Shown one piece after another: positions 12,152 to 20,888 of a stretch of 64,000 nt of DNA. The notes beneath the pieces were generated by a model. The model had not been told where the DNA came from, searched no databases, and was given only the letters and a program-made list of their open reading frames with translations. The DNA lies in NCBI GenBank assembly GCA_035524815.1, contig DATKOE010000019.1, forward strand, positions 2,177 through 66,176. Direction: 5' to 3'. How positions within the stretch are numbered: position 1 is the first letter of the stretch; each line of letters starts with the position of its first letter. A program made the translations under genes and the position numbers. The DNA is from Rhizomicrobium sp. (GTDB taxonomy: Bacteria; Pseudomonadota; Alphaproteobacteria; Micropepsales; Micropepsaceae).

Positions 12152-14995
12152 TCAGGCCAGTCCGTGCGCGGCGCGGGCCTGCTTCTCCTGCTCCTTGAAC
12201 TGGTCGAAGCGCGGCAGGAACTTGTCCCAGTCGATGATGTGGGCGTCGAGCTCCGGTCCGTCGATGCAGGCGTGCTTGCGCACCATCTTGCCGTCGATGT
12301 TGACCGGAACCATGCAGGCACCGCACATGCCGGTGGCGTCCACCATGATCGAATTGAGGCTGACCACGGTTTTGACGCCGTATTTCTTGGTCAGCTCGCT
12401 CACGGCCCGCATCATCAGCGGCGGACCGATGGCGATGACCTCGGCGACGTCGCGGCCTTTGCTCTTCTTGCCGGCGTCCATCATCTCCTGCAGCGGAGCG
12501 GTGACGAAACCCTTCACGCCGAAGGTGCCGTCGTTGGTGCAGTAGATGACGTCGAGCTGATCGCCGAACTCCTTCTGCAGCTTTTCCACGCGCTCGCCTT
12601 CCGCCGTCCAGAACATCAGGTCCCTCGAGCGGTAGCCGGCGATGAGCGTGACGTGGTTGCCCATGCGAAGGTGCTCGCGCATGATCGGATGGACCGGCGG
12701 CAGGCCGACGCCGCCCGCCAGGAAGACGACGGTTTTGCCCTTTTCATAGCGATGCAAGATCGACGCCTGGCCCAGCGGTCCGGCCACGCCGGCGAAATGC
12801 TCGCCCACCTTCATCGCATTCATGAGGATGGAGGAGGCACCCACGCCCTGGATGACGAGATCGATGGTGCCCTTCTTGGCGTCCCAGTCGGCCAGGGTCA
12901 GCGGGATGAGCTCGCCCTTGGGGGTGGGCAGCACGCGCACGAACTGGCCGGCGCGCGCGCTCTTGGCGATGACCGGCGCGTTGACTGTGATCTCCACGAT
13001 GCCCGGCGACAGGTCCCGCCGCCTGACGATCCTGGCCGGCGCCGCCGCCTTGTCGGTGTAGTCGAGGGCGGTGGCGACCCGTTCCTTGATCTCCGCCGCG
13101 GTGAAGGGAATTTCGCCGGAGATCTGTTCCGCCGCCGCCTTGCCGTCGCCGGCCGCGTTGATCGCGGTGGAGCCGCCGCGCGTGGCATCGCCGCCCGAAT
13201 AGATGTTGTCCATCGAGGTCTGCTGGCTGGTTCCGCCCGGCAGGTCGATGGTGCCCCATTTGGTGGTTTTGATGCGCGGCTCGGAGTCCTTGATGATCGG
13301 ATTCGACGCGTTGCCGAGCGCCATGATGACGAGATCGACTTCCATCGTCTCGGTCTTGCCGGTGGCGACCGGCGAACGGCGGCCGGAGGCGTCGGGCGGG
13401 CCGAGTTCCATGACGTCGAGAAGGGTCTGGCAGACCCGATGCTCCTTGTTGCCGGAGAACAGCTGAGGCGCGCGCAGGACCTTGAGCTTGACGCCCTCTT
13501 CCAGCGCGTGATGCAGCTCTTCGACGCGGACCGGCATTTCGGCGCGGGTGCGGCGGTAGACGATGGTCACGTCGCCGCCCAGCCTCAGGGAAGTGCGCGC
13601 CGAGTCCATCGCGGTGTTACCGGCGCCGATGACGATGACCTTCTTGTCCTTCACCACCGGCAGCGGCGTCTCGAAGTCGTCCATCCGTCCCTGCATCAGG
13701 TTCACGCGGGTGAGGAACTCGTTGGCGCTCATCACGCCGTTGAGCTCTTCGCCCGGCACGTTCATGAAGCGGGGCAGGCCCGCGCCGGTGCCCACGAAGA
13801 TCTTCCAGAAGCCCGCGTCGCGCAGGTCCTGGAGCGTCGCGGTCTTGCCGACTACGAAGTTCTTCACGAACTTGCCGCCGAGCTTGTTGATCTTGGCGAC
13901 GACGTCGTCGATCAGCGCGTTGGGCAGGCGGAATTCGGGAATTCCGTAGCGCAGCACGCCGCCGAGGTCGTGGAAGGCCTCGAACACCGTGACCGGATAG
14001 CCTTCGACCGAAAGCAGATAGGCGTTGATGAGGCCGGCGGGACCGGAGCCCACCACCGCGATCGGCGGCTTCTCGGCGCGCTGCCACGGCGTCAGGTAAC
14101 CGGCGGGCCGGTCGTCCTTGCCGTTGGCCTTGGCGTTGACGCGCTCGCGCTCGGGCAGGAACCACTCGAGCTGGCCGATCTCCAGCGGCCGGCCGGTCAT
14201 CGTGCATACGCCCTGGCATTGCAGCTCCTGCGGGCAGACGCGGCCGGTGACGTTGGGCAACGGATTGCACTGCTCGATGAGCTTCAGGGCATCCTTGAAC
14301 TTGCCCTGTCCCAGAAGGTCCATCAACTCGGGGATGTGGATCTTCACCGGGCAGCCGCCCTTGACACCCTTGCCCTTCAACACGCCCACTTCGCAGGGAC
14401 GGTCGTCGCACTGCTTGTCGCGGATGACTTCGAGCCAGACGAACAGGTCGACCTCGCGCTGGGAGTAGCCTTGGGTGCGGTAGCCCATGTAGCCCATGGT
14501 GACGAGGTCGAAGTCGTGCGCGCGCTGCTCGGCGGGACGCACGTAGGGCGCGATGAAGTTCTCGCCCGGCCAGTTCTTCGACAGGCCCTTGAACATCGGG
14601 TAGCGGTCGGAGAGATGGGCGTCGATCGCGGCGATGAACTTGCGCTTGAACTTGAGCGGCACCGCCCAGATGAAGCGTTGCAGGATGACGCTCATGTCGT
14701 CGTCGCGCAGCAGGATGTTCCACAGCGCCTTGGTGAAGGCGGCGCCGAGGGCCTCCTGCTTGAACTCCCACACGATCGCCGCGGTTCCGTCCGCGACGAA
14801 CATCTGGCGCAGCGATTTCGGATCGTTGAGAAGGCGCTTCTTCAGGAGGTTCAGCTGCTTCTGGAATACATCGAACGCCTCGGTGTGCTCCAGCTCCTCG
14901 AGCTCCTTCTCGGTGGATTCGAGCGCCGTGCTCGCCGCACGGATGCGCTCGAGATCCTCGGTCACGGGGTCTTTTGTCATGCCCTCACTGCTCAT
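12152..14995 (-). CDS. fused NfnB-NfnA (SudA/GltD-like + SudB/PyrK-like) flavin/Fe-S oxidoreductase with an extra N-terminal domain
   Basis: Central GltD/NfnB part: GCPVKIHIP, TGRVCPQELQC, GSGPAG, GGVLRYGIPEFRLP, GAGNTAMD, YRRT, GGDA. C-terminal NfnA part: AGQFVRV, IPLTLAD, GGVG, MVDATGMCGAC...ACIDGPE. Confidence 0.88.
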   Translation of the reverse strand: MSSEGMTKDPVTEDLERIRAASTALESTEKELEELEHTEAFDVFQKQLNLLKKRLLNDPKSLRQMFVADGTAAIVWEFKQEALGAAFTKALWNILLRDDDMSVILQRFIWAVPLKFKRKFIAAIDAHLSDRYPMFKGLSKNWPGENFIAPYVRPAEQRAHDFDLVTMGYMGYRTQGYSQREVDLFVWLEVIRDKQCDDRPCEVGVLKGKGVKGGCPVKIHIPELMDLLGQGKFKDALKLIEQCNPLPNVTGRVCPQELQCQGVCTMTGRPLEIGQLEWFLPERERVNAKANGKDDRPAGYLTPWQRAEKPPIAVVGSGPAGLINAYLLSVEGYPVTVFEAFHDLGGVLRYGIPEFRLPNALIDDVVAKINKLGGKFVKNFVVGKTATLQDLRDAGFWKIFVGTGAGLPRFMNVPGEELNGVMSANEFLTRVNLMQGRMDDFETPLPVVKDKKVIVIGAGNTAMDSARTSLRLGGDVTIVYRRTRAEMPVRVEELHHALEEGVKLKVLRAPQLFSGNKEHRVCQTLLDVMELGPPDASGRRSPVATGKTETMEVDLVIMALGNASNPIIKDSEPRIKTTKWGTIDLPGGTSQQTSMDNIYSGGDATRGGSTAINAAGDGKAAAEQISGEIPFTAAEIKERVATALDYTDKAAAPARIVRRRDLSPGIVEITVNAPVIAKSARAGQFVRVLPTPKGELIPLTLADWDAKKGTIDLVIQGVGASSILMNAMKVGEHFAGVAGPLGQASILHRYEKGKTVVFLAGGVGLPPVHPIMREHLRMGNHVTLIAGYRSRDLMFWTAEGERVEKLQKEFGDQLDVIYCTNDGTFGVKGFVTAPLQEMMDAGKKSKGRDVAEVIAIGPPLMMRAVSELTKKYGVKTVVSLNSIMVDATGMCGACMVPVNIDGKMVRKHACIDGPELDAHIIDWDKFLPRFDQFKEQEKQARAAHGLA

Positions 14996-17900
14996 GGATG
15001 ATCTCCGAGTCGCAATTCGCCGCCACGCGGGCCACCTTGGTCTTCAGTTCCGGCGTCACCTTCACCTTGGCCAGCGCGCCCGGGATCAAGTGGGCGACTT
15101 CCTTGGGTGAACCGTCGACGACGATCTTGGTCTTCTCGAACAGCTCGGGAATGTCCTGGTAGCAGGTCTTGCAGTTCGAGCACTTGGCGATGTCTTCCTC
15201 CGCCAGCGAGACCACGGCGCCGCCGTTGACCGCCGCCGGGGCCGCCGCCGCGGGCTTGGGAGCCGCCGCCGCGCCGCCGAGCGCGAAGCCGCCGAAGCCG
15301 TTGGTCGGTGCGTTGGAGGATGCCGCCAGCTCGCTCATCGCGCGCGCGATCGAGTCGATCGAACTCTCGCGATCGTCCAGGGCCGCCTTGTACTGCGACT
15401 GGAGCGCTTCCAGTTCGGCCTTGTGCGCCGCGTCGATCATCTCGACGTTGATGCCGGCAAGGTATTGCAGCGTCCGCCAGTATTTGCGGCGCTCCTGCAC
15501 CAGATTTACCAGCGTGTGCGAGACTTCGAGCTTGACCAGCTTCTTGTCCGCATCCGTGGCCCACACGAACGGAACCTTGCCGTTGCGTTCGGTTTCCGGA
15601 ATGGCGACGTATTCGGCGATCGGGACCGCGTCCGCGTCCGGCGCCAGCTTGCGGAACTGCTTCTTGAAGCGGGTTTCGCTGCGGGCGAAGTCGGCGGGCG
15701 TGTAGGGCACGTCCATCAGCTTGGTCTGACCCTCCTCGACATACTCGATCGAGGTGGTCGCCCAGTCCTTGCTCACGTCGGGATTGCCGTCCAGCACGAA
15801 GCGGCTGTGCAGGTCGCTGCCGCGGCGCGGATCGTGCACGAACACCGGGCTCATGCGGCTTTCCACCGCCATGCGCGCGTGCTGCGCCGCCGCCGAGTCG
15901 GCGATGCCGTGCTCGGCCTGGCAGGGCGTGTAGACGTCGAGCAGAGCCGGCGAGTCGTTGTGGTTGATGTACTGCATCACCGAGCCGAGGAAGTGGCCGT
16001 GGAGCGCGGTGCAGGACTGGACCACGAAAACGTTCGGATGGAACGCCGCGATCAGGCCCAGTTCCTTGCGCGATTCCTGCTTGCCCGAATGGGCGGCGCC
16101 GAAGCGCGACAGGTCGGAGTCCTGGCCCGTCAGGCTGGCGGTGGAGGCCTGCCCGCCGGTGTTGGAATAGACGCCGGTGTTGAGCACCAGGGTCTTGATC
16201 GGCGTGGAGGTGGACAGGATGCGCGACAACGAACCGAAGCCGATGTCGTAGGTGGCGCCGTCGCCGCCGATCGAGAACACGCTCGGCATCAGCGACAGCT
16301 CTTCCTGAGTGAAATCCGCCCAGGCCAGGGTCCTGAAGACCTTGTCGTGGACGGCGGGGTCGTACTCGTCGGCCAGTTCGAGCTTGGCGGTGCGCAGCGC
16401 CACGACGTCGATCACGGCCTCGTGCGCCAGGCCTTCGAACAGGCCCTTGGCGACCGCGGGCGTGTCCTGGAACAGGCTGTTCACCCACGGATCGTTATAG
16501 GGGTTGAAGGGGAAGGTCGAAGCGTACACCGAGGAACAGCCCGTGGCGTTGGCGATCACCGACGCCGCCGGACCCTTGCCGGAGGGACCCGTCTCGAAGT
16601 TGAACAGGCGCTTCTCGAGGGTCTTGGCCGTCTTGGCGATGCGCTCCTTGCGGGCCGCGTCGGTGACGGAGGCGAGCTTGGCGTTCAGCTCGCCGATCAG
16701 CGCTTCGAGCTCCTTGACGTGTTCCTTGCGCCGCCGCTCGTGGATGGCGTGGTTGGCGCCCGTGACCAGACGGATCGCCGTGACTTCGCCGCAGCCGCGG
16801 CAGCCGCCGTGGCCTCCGGTGGTGGCGTAGTAGTTGCCGCGGTCGAGCATCAACCGCTTGATGTCGCCGTCGGGCTTGGTGGCGCCGTCGGTGAATCTGG
16901 CGGGTGTGTTCGGCGTGCGGGCCAGGAATTCGAAGCGCGTCTGCAGCGTTTCGAGAAGCGCTGCGTCCTGTTCGCGCTTGACTAGGGCGTGCGGACCGCA
17001 GATTTCCACGCATTCCATGCAGCCGGAGCACTTCCACGGGTCGACCGCGGCGGAGTAGAGGCCGCCCGAGCCGGGAACCGCCTTCTCCATCGCGTCGAAG
17101 AACGGACGCGTCTTGGCGACCGGGAACACCTTCAGCGCTTCGGCCAGCTTGCCGGCGTTGCGCTTCAGCGTGGCGTTGTCGGTCTCGAGTGCCTGGGCGG
17201 CCGCGGCCACCGCTTCGTGGAACGGCTTGGCGTCCTTCGCGGCGCGATAGGCTTCGCGCACCGCGTCGGCGAGGGCCGGAACCTGCTCCTTAAGGGCGTC
17301 GAGCTGCGCCGGCGCCAGGTCCAGCTGGCGGATCGCGGTGTTGAGCAGATCGCGGATTTCGTGAACCGTGTTCGGGATCGCGGCATCGGGGCAGACCAGC
17401 GTGCATTCCATGCAGCCGGTGCACAGATCGGCGACGAACTCGGGCACTTCGCGGCGGAACAGTCCCTTGTCCTTGTTGGCGGCGGTGCCGGACGGCATGA
17501 ACAGGCCGGTGCCCGGAATGACCGGCGCCTCGGCGATGGTGCCGTCGCGGAAGTGCTGGGCGACGATCTCGTTGAAGTAGTCGGAATCGCCGAAATTCGC
17601 GGTCGCCGCCGGACGGGCGAGCTGGCACATCGCGGCCGAGATGGCGTTGGTTCTGCCGTTCGCTTTCGCGGGCTTCTTTTCCGCGTCCGCGAATTCCGGC
17701 TTGGCGTAGTCGACCTTCTTCGTGGCTTCGAAGGCTTCCTTGATGACGGTGAGATTGCCTTCGACCACCGCCGCGCCTTTGGCGCCGAACTTCTTCTGCA
17801 GGTCCTTGCGGATCTTGTCCAGCATGGTTTCCTGCGACGCGCCGGCCACGATGCGATCGACATGGCCGCAGATGGCGCCGATGAAGGCGATGCCCATCAT

Positions 17901-19955
17901 GCGGGTTTCGAGTTCCGGCGTCGGCGCATGAGGCTTGGCCACCGCAAATCCGTCGATGATGAAGAACTTGATGTTCCGGTCGCGGATGGTCTTGCGCGCG
18001 GCGGGAGGCAGTTCGGCCCACACTTCAACCGGTGAAAGGTTCGATTGCATGACAAAGGTGCCGCCTTCGACGAGGCCGCGCAGCGGATTGGAGTGCGCGA
18101 ACACCTTGTGGTCGGGCGACACCACGATCTCGACATCCTCGATCTCGGCGTTGGATTGCAGCACCGTTTCGGGACTCAAGGTGATGTAGTAGTTGGTCGG
18201 TGCGCCCGACTTTTCCGAGCCGTATTTCGGCGCGGCCTTCGAATGCAGGCCGAGAACGCTGGCCAGGATGTCGGTCAGCAGCTTGCCCGTGGCCATCGTG
18301 CCGTAGCCGCCCACCGAGTGGAAGCGGATGCGGAAGGCGCTCTTGGGCAACAGATTCGGATTGGACTCGGTCTCGAGCGCCATAAGCTCGGTCTCGGGAT
18401 AGGCGGCCTTGAGCTTGGCCTGCATCTCGGCGACGCGGGGAGTGGGGTTCTTCGAGAAGAACTGCGAGCCGAGGTACACGAGCGGGGCGTTCTTCGTTTC
18501 CATGTTCTTGAACGCGGCGATCAGGTGGCGGGGCTGCAGGTCGTGGGCGCCGAGGCCGAAGATTGCCGTGGTGATCTTGGGCAGCTTGTCGACGGCGGGG
18601 ATGCCTTCGTGGCGGATGCCCGAGGCGTTCTCGATACCCTTGAACAGCGCCTGGGTGACGAAGTTCGTCAGCGCCAGCACGTCGCAGCGTTCCAGAACCG
18701 TGACCGCCTTCTTGCCTTTCAGCGCGGCGACGTTTTCGGCCTCCGGGAACGGCTGCAGCAGTTTGACGGAAATGACGCCGACCTTCTTGCCCTGATCGCG
18801 CAGGTATTTCGCGACCGCCAGCGTGTCGTCGGTGACCGAGCCCATGCCGATCATCACGGATTCGGCGTCGTCGCAGAAATAGGTCTTGATCGGCGCGTAT
18901 TCGCGGCCGGTCAGGGCCGAGTATTCCTTCATCGCTTCGCGGACGAAGCGCGGAACGTCGCGCACGAAATGGGTGCGGTGATCGGCGGAGCCGGCCTGGA
19001 AGTCGGGCTGGTTCTGCACCGGTCCGGTCAGGCCGGGGTTGTGCACGTCGACCAGGGCGGGAACGCGCTGGCGGGTGCCCTTCTCGTAGGCGTTGACCCA
19101 CTGGCGCCGCCACTGGCCGTGCAGCTCTTCCGGAACCTGGGCGAGGCAGGCCCCGACCATCTTTCCTTCGTTGTCTTTCTCGACCGCGTCGGCGTTCTTG
19201 TCGAGGAAGGCGGTGATGCTCTTGTTCTGCTCGGGCGTGAATTCGGCGTCGTGCTTGGCGAGATATTGCTTCAACTGGAAGACGCGGCCCTTGGCGCCGA
19301 ACAGCATCTCCTGCGCCACCGTCGGGCACTTGATGCGGTCCTGCGGATCGCCCAGGAACTCCTTGAGCAGCGCCGGTTCCGGCATCAGCGTTTCGGAGAG
19401 CATGTGGCTGGTGGTGAACCCGTCCATGGCGTTGGTGACGGGGATCAGGCTCGTGGCGCTGATCTTGTAGGCGATCGCCGCGAGGTCGGCGGCTTCCTGC
19501 GGGTTCGATCCGAACAGGATGGTATAGCCGGACTGCAGCAGCGCGTAGACGTCGTCGTGACCGGCCATCACGTTCAGCGAGTGCTTGGAGACCACGCGCG
19601 CGGCGACCTGAAGCACGAAGCCGGCGGCCCGGTGGCCGACCGTCACATAGTGCGATTCAAGGCCGTAGAGGATGCCCTGGCTCGATGAGGCGTTGGAGAT
19701 GTACTTGCCGCCGGTCAAAGCCGCGCCCAGCGCGCCGGACTGCGCCGAATGCTCGCCTTCCGGCTCGAAGAAGAAGGGATGCCTGCCCCATACGTTGCAC
19801 CCGCCCGTCGCGCGGAACGCCTCGTATATCTCTGAGATTTCCGTAGACGGAGTAATCGGGTAGCCGATCACGCCGCCGCACACATGTCCCATCACTTCCG
19901 CGATCGCGCCGTTGCCGTGGATTACGACCGGTATCCCAGGATATTTCACGCTCAT
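14985..19955 (-). CDS. pyruvate:ferredoxin (2-oxoacid:acceptor) oxidoreductase, single-chain NifJ/PFOR family, with C-terminal ferredoxin-like domain
   Basis: GYPITPS, EGEHSA, GGYG, two 4Fe-4S motifs CTGCMECTLVCP and CSGCMECVEIC, GCRGCGE, ANATGCSS, TPP motif GGDGATYDIG...NTGVYSNTGGQ, YTPC. Confidence 0.93.
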   Translation of the reverse strand: MSVKYPGIPVVIHGNGAIAEVMGHVCGGVIGYPITPSTEISEIYEAFRATGGCNVWGRHPFFFEPEGEHSAQSGALGAALTGGKYISNASSSQGILYGLESHYVTVGHRAAGFVLQVAARVVSKHSLNVMAGHDDVYALLQSGYTILFGSNPQEAADLAAIAYKISATSLIPVTNAMDGFTTSHMLSETLMPEPALLKEFLGDPQDRIKCPTVAQEMLFGAKGRVFQLKQYLAKHDAEFTPEQNKSITAFLDKNADAVEKDNEGKMVGACLAQVPEELHGQWRRQWVNAYEKGTRQRVPALVDVHNPGLTGPVQNQPDFQAGSADHRTHFVRDVPRFVREAMKEYSALTGREYAPIKTYFCDDAESVMIGMGSVTDDTLAVAKYLRDQGKKVGVISVKLLQPFPEAENVAALKGKKAVTVLERCDVLALTNFVTQALFKGIENASGIRHEGIPAVDKLPKITTAIFGLGAHDLQPRHLIAAFKNMETKNAPLVYLGSQFFSKNPTPRVAEMQAKLKAAYPETELMALETESNPNLLPKSAFRIRFHSVGGYGTMATGKLLTDILASVLGLHSKAAPKYGSEKSGAPTNYYITLSPETVLQSNAEIEDVEIVVSPDHKVFAHSNPLRGLVEGGTFVMQSNLSPVEVWAELPPAARKTIRDRNIKFFIIDGFAVAKPHAPTPELETRMMGIAFIGAICGHVDRIVAGASQETMLDKIRKDLQKKFGAKGAAVVEGNLTVIKEAFEATKKVDYAKPEFADAEKKPAKANGRTNAISAAMCQLARPAATANFGDSDYFNEIVAQHFRDGTIAEAPVIPGTGLFMPSGTAANKDKGLFRREVPEFVADLCTGCMECTLVCPDAAIPNTVHEIRDLLNTAIRQLDLAPAQLDALKEQVPALADAVREAYRAAKDAKPFHEAVAAAAQALETDNATLKRNAGKLAEALKVFPVAKTRPFFDAMEKAVPGSGGLYSAAVDPWKCSGCMECVEICGPHALVKREQDAALLETLQTRFEFLARTPNTPARFTDGATKPDGDIKRLMLDRGNYYATTGGHGGCRGCGEVTAIRLVTGANHAIHERRRKEHVKELEALIGELNAKLASVTDAARKERIAKTAKTLEKRLFNFETGPSGKGPAASVIANATGCSSVYASTFPFNPYNDPWVNSLFQDTPAVAKGLFEGLAHEAVIDVVALRTAKLELADEYDPAVHDKVFRTLAWADFTQEELSLMPSVFSIGGDGATYDIGFGSLSRILSTSTPIKTLVLNTGVYSNTGGQASTASLTGQDSDLSRFGAAHSGKQESRKELGLIAAFHPNVFVVQSCTALHGHFLGSVMQYINHNDSPALLDVYTPCQAEHGIADSAAAQHARMAVESRMSPVFVHDPRRGSDLHSRFVLDGNPDVSKDWATTSIEYVEEGQTKLMDVPYTPADFARSETRFKKQFRKLAPDADAVPIAEYVAIPETERNGKVPFVWATDADKKLVKLEVSHTLVNLVQERRKYWRTLQYLAGINVEMIDAAHKAELEALQSQYKAALDDRESSIDSIARAMSELAASSNAPTNGFGGFALGGAAAAPKPAAAAPAAVNGGAVVSLAEEDIAKCSNCKTCYQDIPELFEKTKIVVDGSPKEVAHLIPGALAKVKVTPELKTKVARVAANCDSEIIHEQ

Positions 19956-20086
19956 TTGTTCCGCCTGTTCATGGTTCTGACCGTTTCACCGAGATCGAAA
20001 ACACTGGTGTTTTTCGGCTGCCCGGATTGGCGCGGGAAGGTCTCGCGCGCTATCCGCCCCCTAGCATCGGGATGCGTGTTCCGAAC

Positions 20087-20100
20087 ATGATTTGCATCAA
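20087..20100 (-). promoter_or_regulatory. FNR/FixK box upstream of PFOR
   Basis: Minus strand TTGAT-GCAA-ATCAT, one mismatch to TTGAT-N4-ATCAA, about 130 nt upstream of the PFOR ATG. Confidence 0.7.
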
Positions 20101-20888
20101 GTTTCCACCGGAACGCTGATGCCAAGGGCTCGCAGCCATGAGACGCGCATAAACCTGTGTGGACTATTCGCAATGCTACGTATTCGCGCAGCGGTGAGGC
20201 GCATCCGCGCACCGCGCGAACACCCCGGAATGAGGCGTCATCAAGGCGTCAAGAATCGCCATAAGCGGCACCCGGCAGGCCCATTAAAACCCTGTAAATG
20301 TGGATCAATCGCGGCACCCTTTGCGCATGCTCGAAAATGATACGGCGGCGCTGGGCAAAATCGCCCGGCGCCGCCGTGTCGGCCGCCCGATTGAGGCTCT
20401 GGGTTAGCCCTGGGGAGCGAATTTCAACGGAAACTGGCAGGTATCGGCAAGATGATCGCCATCACCGGCGTCGCCCGTCGGGGCAATGCGGTAGACTGCG
20501 GCGATCACCAAGTCCTCACGCTCGCGCCAAAGCGTCAGGCCACGCTCGCGGGCCAGGCTGTTGCGGCGGGACGGATTGCGGTTCGCAGCGCGCCGTCTGG
20601 GCGCGCCTTCGCGAAAGATCACTCGAATCACGGTGCACATGCGGCTGCTTGGTGCTGTTGTTTCCCCAGGCAATGAAACGCCAACGGGAACTTCGCCGCT
20701 ATGCGGATTTGCACCTATTACGCAACGGTATCTGCAATGGAATCGGTGCGCGTTTGGTCGCAGGAGACTGCTTCGATCAACGTGGTTTCGCACTCGTTCA
20801 CACTCGCGCGTTCGCGCCCCGTCGGAGGTTTACGGGGCGGGGCTGTGCGGCTAGGTTGCCGCGCCTTGGCTCCGCGATGGAATTCAGT

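Noticed and set aside
12092-15001. 969-aa plus-strand ORF and many other long antisense/alternate-frame ORFs (e.g. 21165-24161, 45705-48428, 2018-4234)
   Set aside because: Shadow ORFs of high-GC genes; no recognisable motifs, and they fully overlap well-supported CDSs.
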